Source: Octopus bimaculoides (taxonomy: Eukaryota). Taken from it: DNA of 60,661 nucleotides. The notes beneath the pieces are model-generated. The model did not search any database and was not told the origin of the DNA. It worked only from the letters and a program-made list of their open reading frames with translations. Below are positions 1-12,629 of this stretch, piece by piece. Position 1 is the first letter of the stretch. Every line of letters starts with the position of its first letter. The stretch is from positions 3,540,614 through 3,601,274 of the forward strand of contig NC_068994.1 of the NCBI RefSeq assembly GCF_001194135.2. The letters are read 5' to 3'. Position numbers and translations under genes: made by a program.

Positions 1-640
1 GCAGTGGTTTACCATTAAATGCAGGAACCCTTGCTGCTGCAAATTACGATAACCTGCCCATTCATCTGTGAAAATGATGCTCCCTGGATGGACATGTTGC
101 CGGATATGGACCGGCTATTATCCGGGCATATACATAAAAAGCAATTGGTGGGATTGTCCAATTCAACCCCACCCAACACCCAAGTGCTGTCGTAGTGCGC
201 ACCCCGCCGATACTTTCGGTGCATGAATTTAGATTCATTGATGGTAACTACGACATCAGGGCCACCAATCATTACTGGATTATCTATAAGGTGTTGTGCC
301 AGAATATCTCGGCAGAAATTGGCCCAATCCACCACAGTGGACCAACTCGCAATTTCTAGCTCATGCATAATTTTCCGCAAGGGTACATCAATGGACCACC
401 AATACAGAAAGAGCAGTATTGTTTTTAAAGGCAAATTACTCTTTTGGAAAAACGATCCTTTTCTAATAGAAAAACGTTTTCGACACTGTCGAGCAGTGCA
501 CTTCCAACTATACCCATCTTGAAGTCGCCGAAATTTCGCAAATGAACAATTATGGCCACATGAACTTCTGCTAAAAGTCTATGTTTTCAGCCATTCAATT
601 AGATGTTCCTGGTTACGGCTGATTTCAAACAAATCCATTA
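1..640 (-). mobile_element. Merlin (IS1016/ISXO2-like DDE) transposase relic, frameshifted and cut by the window edge
   Basis: The minus-strand translation reads [41 protein letters not shown]...[23 protein letters not shown]...WVLGGVE...CFL. After a frameshift near 110 it continues [32 protein letters not shown]. These are hallmark Merlin/ISXO2 motifs. The first catalytic D (IDESK) is N here, and a further frameshift lies near 580. Confidence 0.85.
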
Positions 641-1563
641 GGCGAAACGGAGGACATTGCATAATCGGATTCTACATAGTAAATACTATATGCATAGAAA
701 ATTTCATTAAAAAATATTCATTTTTCTAAAAGTTATGACCTTCCAAAATCTGGAGGGTACAACTCTGTAGTTATGCCTATATTAATGTAACTAATATTCG
801 GGGTTAGTGTTATTGGTAAAGGAAAATGTCAATAGTTATATAAGTAGTGAGAAACGGGAGGGAGAGTTGAACAGCAGGTCCTTCGAGAAGCAACCCCACG
901 ACTTGAAGTGTTTCAATCCATAACTCTTTACGCTTTAAGGGGGACAGGTCATATCCAAGTCATGATTCCTGGATATCCCTCTGTTTCCACATTCTGCATT
1001 TCTATCTGTATTGCAATCCTCCTGGATGGTTAAAGTGGGCCCAGAGCCAAGATATCTTGGATGCTGTAGCCATTTCAGTCTGAGACGCCAGTTGATTGTT
1101 TGGTAAATTATGTCTTCAGAAATTCACTTCCATTCCCCCTTGACCAAATTCAGTTGGAACTCTTCTCAGCGTCTTTGGCCCTTGTCTTAAGAGCCCTGGT
1201 TCCTTTTCTTTCAGGAATTGAGAGCCATTTCATGAAATCATAGACACCCCACCACTACCACTAATCCTTTCACTTCCCATCTCTGTGACAAGAATTTTGG
1301 TTTGGAAGCCAGATTCTCTCAGCCTGATGGCTGAACTGTCACATTTTCCAATTTTGTAGCTATGGCTTTCTTCTTCTTCTTCTTCTTCTTACATATGGTG
1401 CATATAGATGACAGTGTGGTTAAGCAATCCACTTTGCAGAGACATGGTTTCAGGTTCAGTGCAAGTGCCTTCTGCTATAGTCCTTGGCCACCCACTTTAT
1501 ACCTTAGAAGTGTATTTGGTGGGTGAAGCTGTGTGGGGGGAGGCCTGACATATTTGTTTCAAA

Positions 1564-1750
1564 TTTTGGCACAAGACCAGCAAATTTTAGGGGAGGGGAT
1601 AAGTTGATTCCATCCATCTGTCCTCAACTGGTCCTTATTTTATCAACCCTGAAAGGATGAAAGGCAACGCCAACCTCTGTGGAATTTGAATTCAGACGAA
1701 ATGCTGCTAAGCATATTGCCCAGCACCCCAATGATTCTGCCAACCTGTCA
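1564..1750 (-). mobile_element. SINE-like repeat, family B
   Basis: Contains GGATGAAAGGCAA...GGAATTTGAA.TCAGA, shared with copies at about 22063, 22900, 23090, 30230, 31030, 46661, 50045 and 55162. Confidence 0.7.
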
Positions 1751-2520
1751 TGTTAATGTCTACACAGACATTTCTCTCTCTCTCTCTCTCATCATCATCA
1801 TGTGATAGACACAGAGATGTGCGTGTGTACATTAATAAATGTGTATATCCATACACACATACATACAGCTGCGTTACCTGGCATTAACCAAGAACTGAAT
1901 ATGTAGAATGATTTTCTTTATAAACTTGAATTATTGAATTTGTAGTTAGTTTCTGTTTCATGCCTTTTGTATACTTTTAGCTTCTGTTTTTTAATTTTCA
2001 TCCAAATCCATCTCTAAAGTTGAATTATTCTTAGACTTCTTTGAGGTGAGAAGCTTTGAACCCAGTGTTTTTTATTCACTTTAATTTTGTGACTTAAAAA
2101 ATATCTTTTATTTTCTTCTTATTCCAGTCGTTGGACTGAGGCCATACTGGGGCACCACCTTGAAGGATTTTAGTTAAACAAATCAAACACAGGAATTTTT
2201 AAATCTGGGACTTATTCTGTCAGTATTTTCTACTGAACTGCTAAGTAATGGGGATCTAAATAAACCAACACCAGTTGTTACATGTGTGTATGCACACGTG
2301 TTTGGCAACAAACACACACACACAAGGAATCAATCAGCCCAGGGCTAGAGTAGAAGACACTTTCACTGATTTTTTCACTTTGCATATATTCTTCTAATTC
2401 TAAATTTAGATGCAACACATGAAACTGTATTTCTTCAGTGTCTCAGACTTCTTCTTCTTCTTTACAGACACTCTTGTGTTCTCCTCTCTCTCTTATCTGT
2501 AATGACTACTGGAAATAGTG

Positions 2521-2868
2521 TGGAGGTGCAATGGCCCTGTGGTTAGAGCAGCGGACTCAATAGTTATAGGATCGCAGTTTCGATTACCAGACCGGGTTTT
2601 GTGAGTATTTATTGAACTAAAGCTCCACAAGGCTCTGGCAGGGAGTGGTGGTGAACCCTGCTGTACTCTTTCACCACAACTTTCTTTCACTCTTTCTTCC
2701 TGTTTCTGTTGTACCTCTATTTTCAAAGGGCCAGCTTTGTCACACTGAATCTCCCTGAGAACTACGTTAAGGGTACATGTATCTGTGGAGTGCATCAATT
2801 TCATGAGTAGGCTGTTCCGTTAATCAGATCAACTGGAACCCTCGTCGTCGTAACCAACAGAGTGCCAT
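2521..2868 (+). mobile_element. tRNA-derived SINE, family A, apparently full length
   Basis: tRNA-like head TGGCCCTGTGGTTAGAGCAGCGGACTC (A box) with a degenerate B box (GTTTCGATTACC). The body motif TTCAAAGGGCCAGCTTTGTCACAC is shared with family E. Confidence 0.65.
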
Positions 2869-2944
2869 AGTAACTGGAAACAGCTGTTAGCCAAATATAC
2901 TCTAATAAAATAAAAATATGTAATGACCATTATTTATACCTTGT

Positions 2945-3004
<60 letters not shown>

Positions 3005-3169
3005 GATGCTCTTCTCCCCTACACATATCACCCAGCATTTATAGTTACTCTGAAATATGCTTATATTCCTCTCTCCCCATTGTTCTGGTAGGCAGGTAAT
3101 TAAATGGCCATACTTTACTGAAGTGATATATGTGTGTGTGTTTAAATTTACTGATACCACTTGTTCCAT

Positions 3170-3333
3170 GGTATAAAGTGATCCAAATTAAAAACTTCCA
3201 TCAAAATTTCATGGTAATTTATTTACCAAGGACTAACTTAATAACAACAACAAAATTATTTCACCGAATTCTTCAATATTTTCAAAATTAACACTGTGTA
3301 TTTCCATAGGAATATGGTAACAGAAGGGTTAAC
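3170..3333. mobile_element. TTAA-ended (piggyBac-type) MITE, right part
   Basis: Ends in GGTAACAGAAGGGTTAA. The body is homologous to 7854-8065 and 20160-20572. Confidence 0.55.
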
Positions 3334-3819
3334 ATTATTCCATAATGTGGATTCTCAACAGGATCATGACAAATAGTAATAAATCCAAGTGAATGTCCAC
3401 AATCATTTGTGGACACAGAGCAAATGTAGAACTATAGGATCACCTTGGTGTCATGTGATGTATGATGTTTTGACTTATTTCTAGCAATGCTGGTACTGAC
3501 TAGCATCCTCAGTCACTTTAGTGATGACTATACTTAGACACCCCCCTCCCTTGTGCATATACAGTGTATGCATATATGTGTGTATATGTAATTAGTCCAT
3601 TAAACCTCAATTGACCGTAATTCTTTCCAGGTCAAACTTCACCGAGGCATAGCACTACCCTTATTACCTCCCTTCGTATGCACTCCTCAGCCACAACTCC
3701 ATTCGAGTCGTTATTAGTGGTTCAAATATTTCAATGAACATTACCGGGTCATTTTGTTTTGATGCCCTAAATTTATTTTTCCAGTCTTTTTTGCTAAGCT
3801 ATGGAGACATAAACACACC

Positions 3820-3975
3820 AACACCGGTTGTTCAGCAGTGGTGGGGGACAAACACAGACACAAAGACGCAAATACTCATAGATGTAAAAGACGTTTGCTT
3901 AAGGTGCCATGCAGTGGGACTGAACCCAGAACCACGTGGTTGGGAAGCAAACTTCTTACCACTCAATCACACCAC
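3820..3975 (-). mobile_element. tRNA-derived SINE, family C, 5' part
   Basis: Reverse complement of the head GGTAAGAAGTTTGCTTCCCAACCACGTGGTTCTGGGTTCAGTCCCACTGCATGGCACC. More than 12 copies occur in the window. Confidence 0.75.
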
Positions 3976-5712
3976 CACTTGGTGGATGTTTGCTTCAAGA
4001 AGAGCCAAAGAAGTGGTCATCTAAGGAATGGCAAATTAACATGGGTGGGGAAAGGTGTGGGAGTATATGAGAAAAGACAAACAAAGAAGGAAAACACAAG
4101 AAAGTTGTAGAAGAAAGCTTCTAAAGCAGACAAGAGCAATGAAATGTGTATTAACAAAATACAAGACTTGAAATCAAATGGAAATTGGCAAAAAAGAAAA
4201 AAAAGAAAAGAAAGAAAAAAATTCATACATGCATAAATACATCATTTTCACCATAACAAGTTTTAATAACCTAATCACTTATCTCTGCTAATATGGCTTC
4301 AACAGGTTAACAATGTAGCATGTAGAGTTTGTTGGAGATCTAGACCTAGCCACCTCCATTGTCTTTCTAGCCCTACCTCAAACATCATCACTTACAACCC
4401 ACCCCCAATATCCCCATCGTTATCTATTACATGTATAAACCAATCAATCATTTACGTATCAAACAGATCAGATCAGAGCCTTTCCTCTCTTGCTTCTTTA
4501 CATTTGTCTAACATGTTCCATGCCCTGTCACACTTCGCAACCTGCCATTTTTTACAGAGAGAGAGAGAGAGATACAGAGAAAAAAAATTCATTCCTTGCC
4601 AACTGAGGCAATGATAATCTCCATTCCCCACCACTCACACCCATTTGAACCTCCCCCACCCCGCTCCAGTTTGAACCCTAGTCCCCCTCCCCTCCTCCTA
4701 ACATTATCTGTGACTTACATTGAACCCTCTCAACAGTGCATTACCTCTCTCTCTTTCTCTCTCGGTGTTACTCCCTTCAGTGTAAATCTCCCCTAAAGGG
4801 ATCCCTCAACATTTTTTTCCCTTCCTAACATGGCCACTACTTTTGTTCATCCCGATAGATTTTCGTGGACTCCGATTTTCTCAGACTTCACTCAATTCCA
4901 AGTTTTAAACTTTGGCAGATTTTCAACAAATTCTGCAAAAAGAGCCAAACTGAAAAGCACTGAGAAGTTCTGATGAAGTGATTCAGTCCCCAAGTCTTTT
5001 TTTCTGTGTCAGTCTCTTCATGTGTGTGTGTGTATGTATACACATAATTGATTACATAATTCCATGTGTGTGTGTAAATAATAATATGCATACAAGACAG
5101 ACTAGTTTATAAAGTTACATCATATATATATATATACATATATATATATGTATATACATATATATATATGTTGCCTTCTAACAAACACTTTACAACTTCA
5201 GAATGTATTTGCTTCTCTTTCTACTTGTTTGTCTGTGTGTGAATGTATATGTAAATGTGTATATATATATATATATATATATGCACACACACACAGTGTG
5301 TATGGAGACAAGAGAGAGATTAGTTTGTAGGATTAAACTGTATGTTACCTTTTAAGAATTACAACTTTAGAGTATGTCGGTATATATGTTTGAACGTACG
5401 CACACACATACATATTTGTGTCCATGTATGAACACATACATGTAGGAATGTGTTTGTGTGTCTCTGCATGTGTGTGTGTGCATAGCAGAAAGAGGTTTTT
5501 AAACATTTCATAGGCAACCCCTCGATTGTCAGGTTAAATATTCTAGGAGAAACTGTTCAATTTAGGGGGTCTTTGACCCTGGTATCATTGCTGTCACATC
5601 AGTAGTTTATTAGTGTTTGCTTGGCTGACGTAGTAATACTGTCACAGAGGGATTTAACGAGTTCATGAGTTCATAAAGGAGGTGGAGGACGAGGAGAGAC
5701 AGAGAGGGAGTC

Positions 5713-6906
5713 TTATTGTAGCAAGGTCTGAATACTATGGACTGCCTCCTGATTTTCACATTTACTTTGACCAACGCCATACGAAGGGGACTGTGTATTA
5801 GCTGACCAGTTAGAAGAATTCCAGTTGGTGCCAGGCTGTAGACTTCTTTTCCAAGCTGAGTAACTACTCTCCGGTCGGGGACCAAGTTGGTGAGTCACGG
5901 CTGGAGGGGATGATGATGGCGGCGGCGGAGTAGAATTGTTGTTGTTCATCGCAATTGTACAGTTAGCTTGATGCTGTTGTTGTTGTTGTTGTAGCTGCTG
6001 TGGTTGTTGTTGTGGTTGTTGTTGTTGTGGTTGTTGCTGCTGCTGTTGCTGTGGTGGTTGTTGTTGTTGTTGTGGCTGTTGTGGTTGTTGTTGCTGTTGC
6101 TGCTGTTGTTGTTGTGTTTGTTGTTGAGGAGTGTGATGAGGACAGGATCCAGACACATGTGATTGTTGCTGCTGTTGCTGTTGGGAGGCTGGCATGTGGT
6201 GAGGACATGAATTTGTCGTATTGACAGGTGTGTGCTGGTGATGGTGATGGTGATGATGCTGATGGTTATGTGGATGGTGATGATGATGATGATGCTGTTG
6301 AAACTGATTGGCTACATTTCCTCCTCCTCCTCGTTTGCCACTTCCACCGTTTGCGTGGATCAGCTCATGTTTCTTAAGGTGCGTGCGTTGGCTGAAAGCC
6401 TTTTTGCAGACGAGGCAGTGGAACGGTTTCTCACCAGTGTGCGTCCGATGGTGCTTGATCAAATGATCCTTCTGTGAGAACGCACGGGGACACAAACTAC
6501 AGTGATAGGGTTTCACACCTGTATGGATAAGTTTGTGTGTGTTCAGGTGAGATTTCTGAGAGAAAGCTTTGCTGCACACGTCACAGGTGAAAGGTCTCTC
6601 TCCTGTGTGAGTTCGTTGATGATTGTCAAGACGGTCTCTCTGAGGAAATACTTTTGAGCAAAATGGACAGTTGAAATGTTTGCCAGCCTCCGGGGCAAGT
6701 TGGTGCCGACTCAAATAAGCCTTCAACGTAAACCCTTTTCGACAAATACCACATTTGAAAGGCTTATCCCTCTTGGCTGGTGCTTTGCTAGTGTTTGTTA
6801 CAAAATTGGCAACAATGTTGCATGCTATGGCACTAGAATCTTCCACACTTTCTTCTTCGGAATAATTCAATGGTGGTTGTTTGCCCACAGACTGTACAGA
6901 AAACAT
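5713..6906 (-). CDS. C2H2 zinc-finger protein with poly-His/poly-Gln C-terminus (possibly the last exon, 6891-5713, of a gene starting at 14649)
   Basis: 397-aa ORF with four canonical C2H2 fingers joined by TGE(R/K)P-type linkers, plus one finger lacking the second His (HQLAP). His and Gln tracts follow. The ATG sits inside a strong acceptor (TTATGTTTTCTGTACAG|TCT, phase 0). Confidence 0.92.
   Translation of the reverse strand: MFSVQSVGKQPPLNYSEEESVEDSSAIACNIVANFVTNTSKAPAKRDKPFKCGICRKGFTLKAYLSRHQLAPEAGKHFNCPFCSKVFPQRDRLDNHQRTHTGERPFTCDVCSKAFSQKSHLNTHKLIHTGVKPYHCSLCPRAFSQKDHLIKHHRTHTGEKPFHCLVCKKAFSQRTHLKKHELIHANGGSGKRGGGGNVANQFQQHHHHHHHPHNHQHHHHHHHQHTPVNTTNSCPHHMPASQQQQQQQSHVSGSCPHHTPQQQTQQQQQQQQQQPQQPQQQQQPPQQQQQQQPQQQQPQQQPQQLQQQQQQHQANCTIAMNNNNSTPPPPSSSPPAVTHQLGPRPESSYSAWKRSLQPGTNWNSSNWSANTQSPSYGVGQSKCENQEAVHSIQTLLQ
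5975..6300. repeat. Coding trinucleotide repeats (CAA/CAG poly-Gln, CAT/CAC poly-His)
   Basis: (TGT/TGC)n and (GAT/GGT)n runs on the + strand. They account for the spurious poly-V/T/N/M ORFs in the other frames. Confidence 0.9.
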
Positions 6907-7853
6907 AATTCTTCACACAAAACAACAAAGCAAGTTCACTTTAATTACTTTTCCAGTGGATGCAACAAACAATATTTTAAATTCTTGTTTGAGACAAAAA
7001 AGTCTGTATTCGCGTTCCTCCTTCACCTTCTCTTGAGACAAATCTTTTCTTATGACAATTCTCTTAAGACCAACAGCACCTTAGAATATTAATTTTATGA
7101 GAAGAGACTGGAAGCCTGAATTTCCATTCACCGTTTTGTGAAGAAAAGTCTGTAACAAGGAGTCACACTGATAATCCGATAATCTGATCAGAATGATGGA
7201 ACCTTAAGTATATATCAGGAATTACATTGATAGAAAATACTGGAAGATCTTAATGAAGATATTTTTTCAAATCTGGGAAGGACACAGAGAAAACTCATTT
7301 GCAGACAGAAGAAATGGAGAGTCTTGGAATTCCAACTCCAAAATGGCATCCAGGACAAATTGGATGAAACTTGTCATCTCTGCAAAAAAAAAAAAAAAAA
7401 AAAAAAAATGATAATAATAATGATAATAATGGTTTAAAATTTTGCAGTATCTTTCTAAAATGGTGGTCAAAGCCCTTCAAGTGGTGCTGCAAATGCTGGG
7501 CTTAGGACACCAATGATGCAACAAAATATTTGGCAAAAGCTCTAGGTCTCAAATGTAAGTCGTAGCCAAAAGATGATGATGATGATCAATTCTCCATGAA
7601 GTTTTTCTAAAGGAAAACTTCAAAAATATGACTGATGAAGTTCAAGTGTACTGTTACAAGAAATGAGAATCAGATGTAGTGTGCAAGAGAGAAGACTGCA
7701 CTGGTATGGTCATGTTTTGTGTATGAAGGCTAACGATAGTGATCCAACTAGAAGGAGCCTATTGAAGTAAGGTAGACATAGGAAGTAGTGATGAAGGTCG
7801 ATCATGAAGTGACTGACGATAAACACATCAAGTGGCCTTTATCAAAATGTGTT

Positions 7854-8065
7854 CCTTTTGATACCAATCTGCCTAGGGCTGTCCCTGGCTATGTAGTACA
7901 AAAATCATGTTTTCAAAAGTTCTGAATTAAAATCTTCCGTTAAAACTTAGTGTTAATTTATGATCCTAACACTAGCTTAATAATAAGAAAGTTATTTTAC
8001 TGAATGTTTCATTATATTTAGAATTAATTGAAGTAAACAGTGTATCTCAAGAGAAATATAAGAAA
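7854..8065. mobile_element. TTAA-ended (piggyBac-type) MITE copy
   Basis: Left TIR CCTTTTGATACC. The body TTAAAATCTTCCGTTAAAAC...CACTAGCTTAATAATAA...GTGTATCTCAAGAGAAATAT matches the copies at 3170 and 20160. Confidence 0.55.
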
Positions 8066-9411
8066 ACGGTGCTCTGGCTGCTGGCATCGACTGCCAGAAG
8101 TACAGTTACCCTAGCATTTGGAGCGGATCCGCACGAAGAAATCATAAAAGTTACTTGATCAAATCCCATTTTTATATAAGATTGGAATATGGGGTTCCAA
8201 GGATTAGTTTCAAGTAGTGGTTGTAAAACGGTGCATTCAAGGGGTATCTAGGCTGCCGTCGATTTTAAAACATTTAAAGTTCCAGAAAATCCATATTAAT
8301 GGTTGAGCGTCTTGAAAAACATGTTATTTTCAAGTTTGTTACACAAAAATATGATCAATAATAAAACGCAAACAATAGTTTCCGGTATTTTTTCTAAACT
8401 TTAGAAATCCAAAACGTTTTTTTTTTTTAACTTTGTATGCAAAATGCAGTAATTTTTTTACTTGATTTCAAATGTAGCAAAAAAGCAAAAAGATAGAAAA
8501 CATTTGATTTAAAATATTAAATAACCACTACATTAGTTTAGTGCTTCACGCGAATCACGATAACTAAAACCGGAGGCGGGTAGGGAGTGTTACAGATAAA
8601 CGTCTATGTTCGTAAACGGTTATGTGGTCAGCTCGATTTCCTGTCAGGGTCACTGATCAGCTGGGCAGGTAGATTAATAAGTGGGAGTGTCACTACCTGG
8701 TACGTTGAAAGATCAGTTTTTGACAGGGCCCGACACCATAAAGCTGGAATTTTACCCAAACATTTAGAAACAGAACACACAAATTGCATATGTGTTATTT
8801 TCCTCTATTACTTATGTTCCTCCACCTAGAATACGTTCCGATTCCATGTCCCGCTGATTTAGCATTGCATTTCTTGTGGTTTCCCATTAGATAAAATTAT
8901 GCAAAGTCAATAAATAATATATTCTGAAAACGTTTGATAAGTTTTGCGTTCCTTGCTTCTCCCATTGTTAAAATATACATTTATTCTCTGCTTAACACAA
9001 AAGTGAAATAAGCGGTGGGAAAATTGGTGACGTTGGTTTAGCTGGCAATGTGAAACTGCGCTGAGAGAGGAAAAGAAAGGAAAGATAGAGAGTGATACAT
9101 ATATATATGCAGAAAGAGAGAGAGAGATGAGAAGTTAGGTGGGATGTGATTAGTGGCAGTAGGAGCAGAAGCCAGAGTTTAGCCTGAGAGATCAGATCTC
9201 GGGGAGACATTTCATATTTCAACTGTCATGTCTGACGTAGTGAGTTGATTTACTAACGCAACCAGCAATGTGACTTTAATTAAGTACGGCCTTAGCTGTG
9301 GCCAGGAAGCACATGTGAGAATCGAACTGTTACAAAGCAGCATTGCAGACAGGGTTTGTGACCGGGACAGAGGAGTGTCGACAGTCGAGTTGTCGTTGTT
9401 ATCGTACTTAC

Positions 9412-9470
9412 CTGCTCTGACCAGCAACACAGTTAGAGGTTCGTCGGGGTAGGGACGACAGCTCGGTACA
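9412..9470 (-). other. Putative non-coding exon ending in a consensus donor (alternative first exon of the 5713-6906 ZNF?)
   Basis: CAG|GTAAGTA donor on the - strand at 9412/9411 in a locally CpG-richer patch. Upper boundary unknown. Confidence 0.3.
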
Positions 9471-11840
9471 GAAAGTAAGGGAGATAATAACTAACTACTT
9501 TCAGCTATTAATATTAATGATTTTGTTATAATTTCAACTTTAAATATCCTTATTTATAATTTTTTGATAATTATTACAGGATTTGAACATTAATATATTG
9601 GTTTCTTGGTTATAGTTGATTTTAATCAATCAATAAACTAAACAATGCCAGCACAAGATTTTTCAAGAGGACATTTTCTACCTACACCGTTTCTGCTTAA
9701 TGGTCATACAGTCACACACGCAGACAAAGTCACAATTGAAATTGATATGATTTTTTTTTTTTTCCTTTTTATTCAAACTAAACTGAAATTCCATGTTTGT
9801 CAAAAATATTTTCGTTTAATTATCTGAAATGTGCTTACATTGTTAAAAAATAATTTTCTCTCGCAATTTCTGAACGAAAGATCTTCGTGAAAATCCGCTT
9901 TATGACGAAATTGGACGAAGTGGACAAGCTTTAAGGAACCATAATCTGAAATGATTTTAGAGAATTCTTCAGTGGCTCATTTCCTTCCAAATTAAATAGT
10001 TTATACGATCTATGTTTATTTTACAAATATTTTTGGTGTTATTCTTTTGAAAACGACAGCAGGATAATTAAGACCTTCACTCAACTTAGATAATTCTTGT
10101 TATTACAAGACAACTAAATAGTTGTTTCGCCCCAAATAAGTCTTGATTCAGCAGATTTATGATCAACGACGTACAAGACGTGACCATTTTGTTTCATGTT
10201 TTCTTTTTAAACAATGGGGTTTGATTTAAGGGAGAACTGGCCCTGTTTGGTTTCTTTACCAAATAGTTTTGATGTAAAGTTCATGGCCTCCCTTATAGTT
10301 CCACTGGGACTCAAGCAATGATGTACAATTGATAGATCTCCACATACATCTATAATCAAAAGGGTTCCAACGGTGGCCATCGTATCTAGTACCTTGGACT
10401 GCAATATTAATATTGTTTACCTCTGGGTCAGTTCTGATCCAACAGACCTACAATCAATGACGTTCCGGCTGTGACCATCATATCTGATATTCAAATACAG
10501 TGTCTATATATTTATAGCCTTGATTCCCAAACTGGGGTCCACAAAGGGGTTACCAATTTTCAGATTTATAATGTTCAAAACCCTAAGTATTGAACATGCA
10601 AGCTTTACACAGAACCCCCTAATTTACACCCCCTCCAGACAGCCAGCCCAGAATGTACCCCTGTCCAGACTATACCGCATGCTTGCAGACAAATAACACA
10701 AATGTACCTCACTTATAAAAGTTGCCTCAGAACATATATAAAATTTGATATCACTCAATGAAGAATTAAAAGTTACATGTAATTTTCAATTTAAACATAG
10801 CAATTTAGAATTGTCAAATGCAAAATACTTTAAAATGTATCGATATAAATCTAACACAAATGGTCACATTTGCGTGAGTCTAGGCTCTGACTCACAGTAC
10901 AGGTGTGCTGTGCAACACGTGCGAGTTGTTGATTGTTTTCAGATCTACCTACATTGGGTTTATATTGGTACACTGAATATTTTGCTTTTGATAATTCTAA
11001 ATGGCTATGTTTAAATCGTTATTTACATGTAACTTTTAATTCTTCAATGAATGATATCAAGTTTTATATTTTTTCTGGGTCAACTTTTATAAGTGAGGTA
11101 CATCTGTGTTATTTGTCCACAGGAGTAGCTGTGTGGTAAGCTTACTTCCCAACCACATGGTTCCAGGTTCAGTCCCACTGCATGGTACCTTTGATGCAAA
11201 CATCGGGGCAGTCCTTCTTGTGGACAGCATTGTAAATAATCTCTACACCTATATCATACCTCGGGTAGGTAGTATCTTGCCAGAGGCAGGTAGTATGTAT
11301 GTGTGTGTGTATGCATACACATAGATGTTGTAGTAATTGGGGATCTTTTTGTATATATATATATACACACACACACACACTCATACTTGCATGTTAACAA
11401 ATGTGTGTGTGTTGGGGGTGCACTAGTCATTCTGAGTTATTTCCCTTAACTCATTGATGCTTAACCTATACAAATGGTCAACTTTTTTGTTTTGCACATA
11501 TTTGTGTCTTATTCTGCTGAAGATAAAACAGAACAATTGCTGCATTGATGATACCTATCGAGTCACAGACTCATGTCCATGACTCTCCTCTTGTCTCCAG
11601 TCAATCAAACTTTTGTTTTCCTTAATGCCATTCCAATTTTGGAGAATTTTTGCTTCTTGAGATTATCTGCCCTTCATCACAATTGCCATGAGGCACCGTC
11701 TTATGCTTCTTTGAAAGCGAAGATAATATCAATAAGCAAGAATTTGTTTTGAAGGCCATTTAATATACCTTTATACTTCATAATTGTATATATATATATA
11801 TACATAATATACCTTTATACATCATTGTTGTCTATGTATA

Positions 11841-12310
11841 ACCGTTGCCAGTACCGCCTGACTGGCTCCCGTAGGATTTTCGAGTGAGATCGTTGCCAGT
11901 GCCCCTGGACTGGCTTGTGCGGGTGGCACATAAAAGACACCATTTCGAGCGTGGCCGTTTTCGTGCGGGTGACACGTAAAAGCACCCACTACACTCTCTG
12001 AGTGGTTGGCGTTAGGAAGGGCATCCAGCTGTAGAAACTCTGCCAAANNNNNNNNNNCTGGACTGGCTTGTGCGGGTGGCACATAAAAGACACCATTTCG
12101 AGCGTGGCCGTTTTCGTGCGGGTGACACGTAAAAGCACCCACTACACTCTCTGAGTGGTTGGCGTTAGGAAGGGCATCCAGCTGTAGAAACTCTGCCAAA
12201 TTAGATTGGAGCCTGGTGTTGCCATCCAGTTTCACCAGTCCTCAGTCAAATCGTCCAACTCATGCTAGCATGGAAAGCGGACGTTAAACGATGATGATGA
12301 TGATGATGAT
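11841..12310 (+). mobile_element. (GAT)n-tailed retroposon, family D, young copy (contains a 10-N gap with duplicated flank)
   Basis: Ends GGACGTTAAACGATGATGATG and is nearly identical to 51073-51367. Core GTGGTTGGCGTTAGGAAGGGCATCCAGCTGTAGAAAC. Confidence 0.8.
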
Positions 12311-12453
12311 ATTTTACATACCTATGTACGTCATTATTGTCTATATATTACTATATTGATATATATGTTTAATATGTCTTTATATATCATTGTTGTCCAT
12401 GTATAGTTATATATACATTTCAATACATTTGTGTCATTATTGTCTCTCTATAT

Positions 12454-12489
<36 letters not shown>

Positions 12490-12629
12490 ATATATATATA
12501 TATATATATAACTTTTGCTATGCCTTTATTTATAATTGTATTTATAATTTCACTTAAGCAGGTTTTTTATTATATGCTGGCCACCGATAACATTTTTAAC
12601 AATTTTATCCTATTATATATATATATGTA

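Noticed and set aside
1081-1390. Possible LINE 3' fragment ending in (TTC)n; also 32600-32890
   Set aside because: The motif resemblance to RTE or CR1 C-termini is too weak to call without a search.
2521-2600. tRNA genes at SINE heads (also 15840-15892, 38880-38935, 49365-49430)
   Set aside because: A/B-box-like motifs are present, but there is no complete cloverleaf and each continues into a repeated SINE body.
5946-6477. Poly-Val, poly-Thr, poly-Asn and poly-Met ORFs
   Set aside because: They are alternative frames of the coding trinucleotide repeats.
11906-12200. Apparent exact tandem duplication of about 140 bp (and ORF 11822-12235 with a repeated peptide)
   Set aside because: The two copies flank a 10-N gap and are identical, which indicates an unmerged contig overlap. 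The same pattern occurs at 42715-42861.
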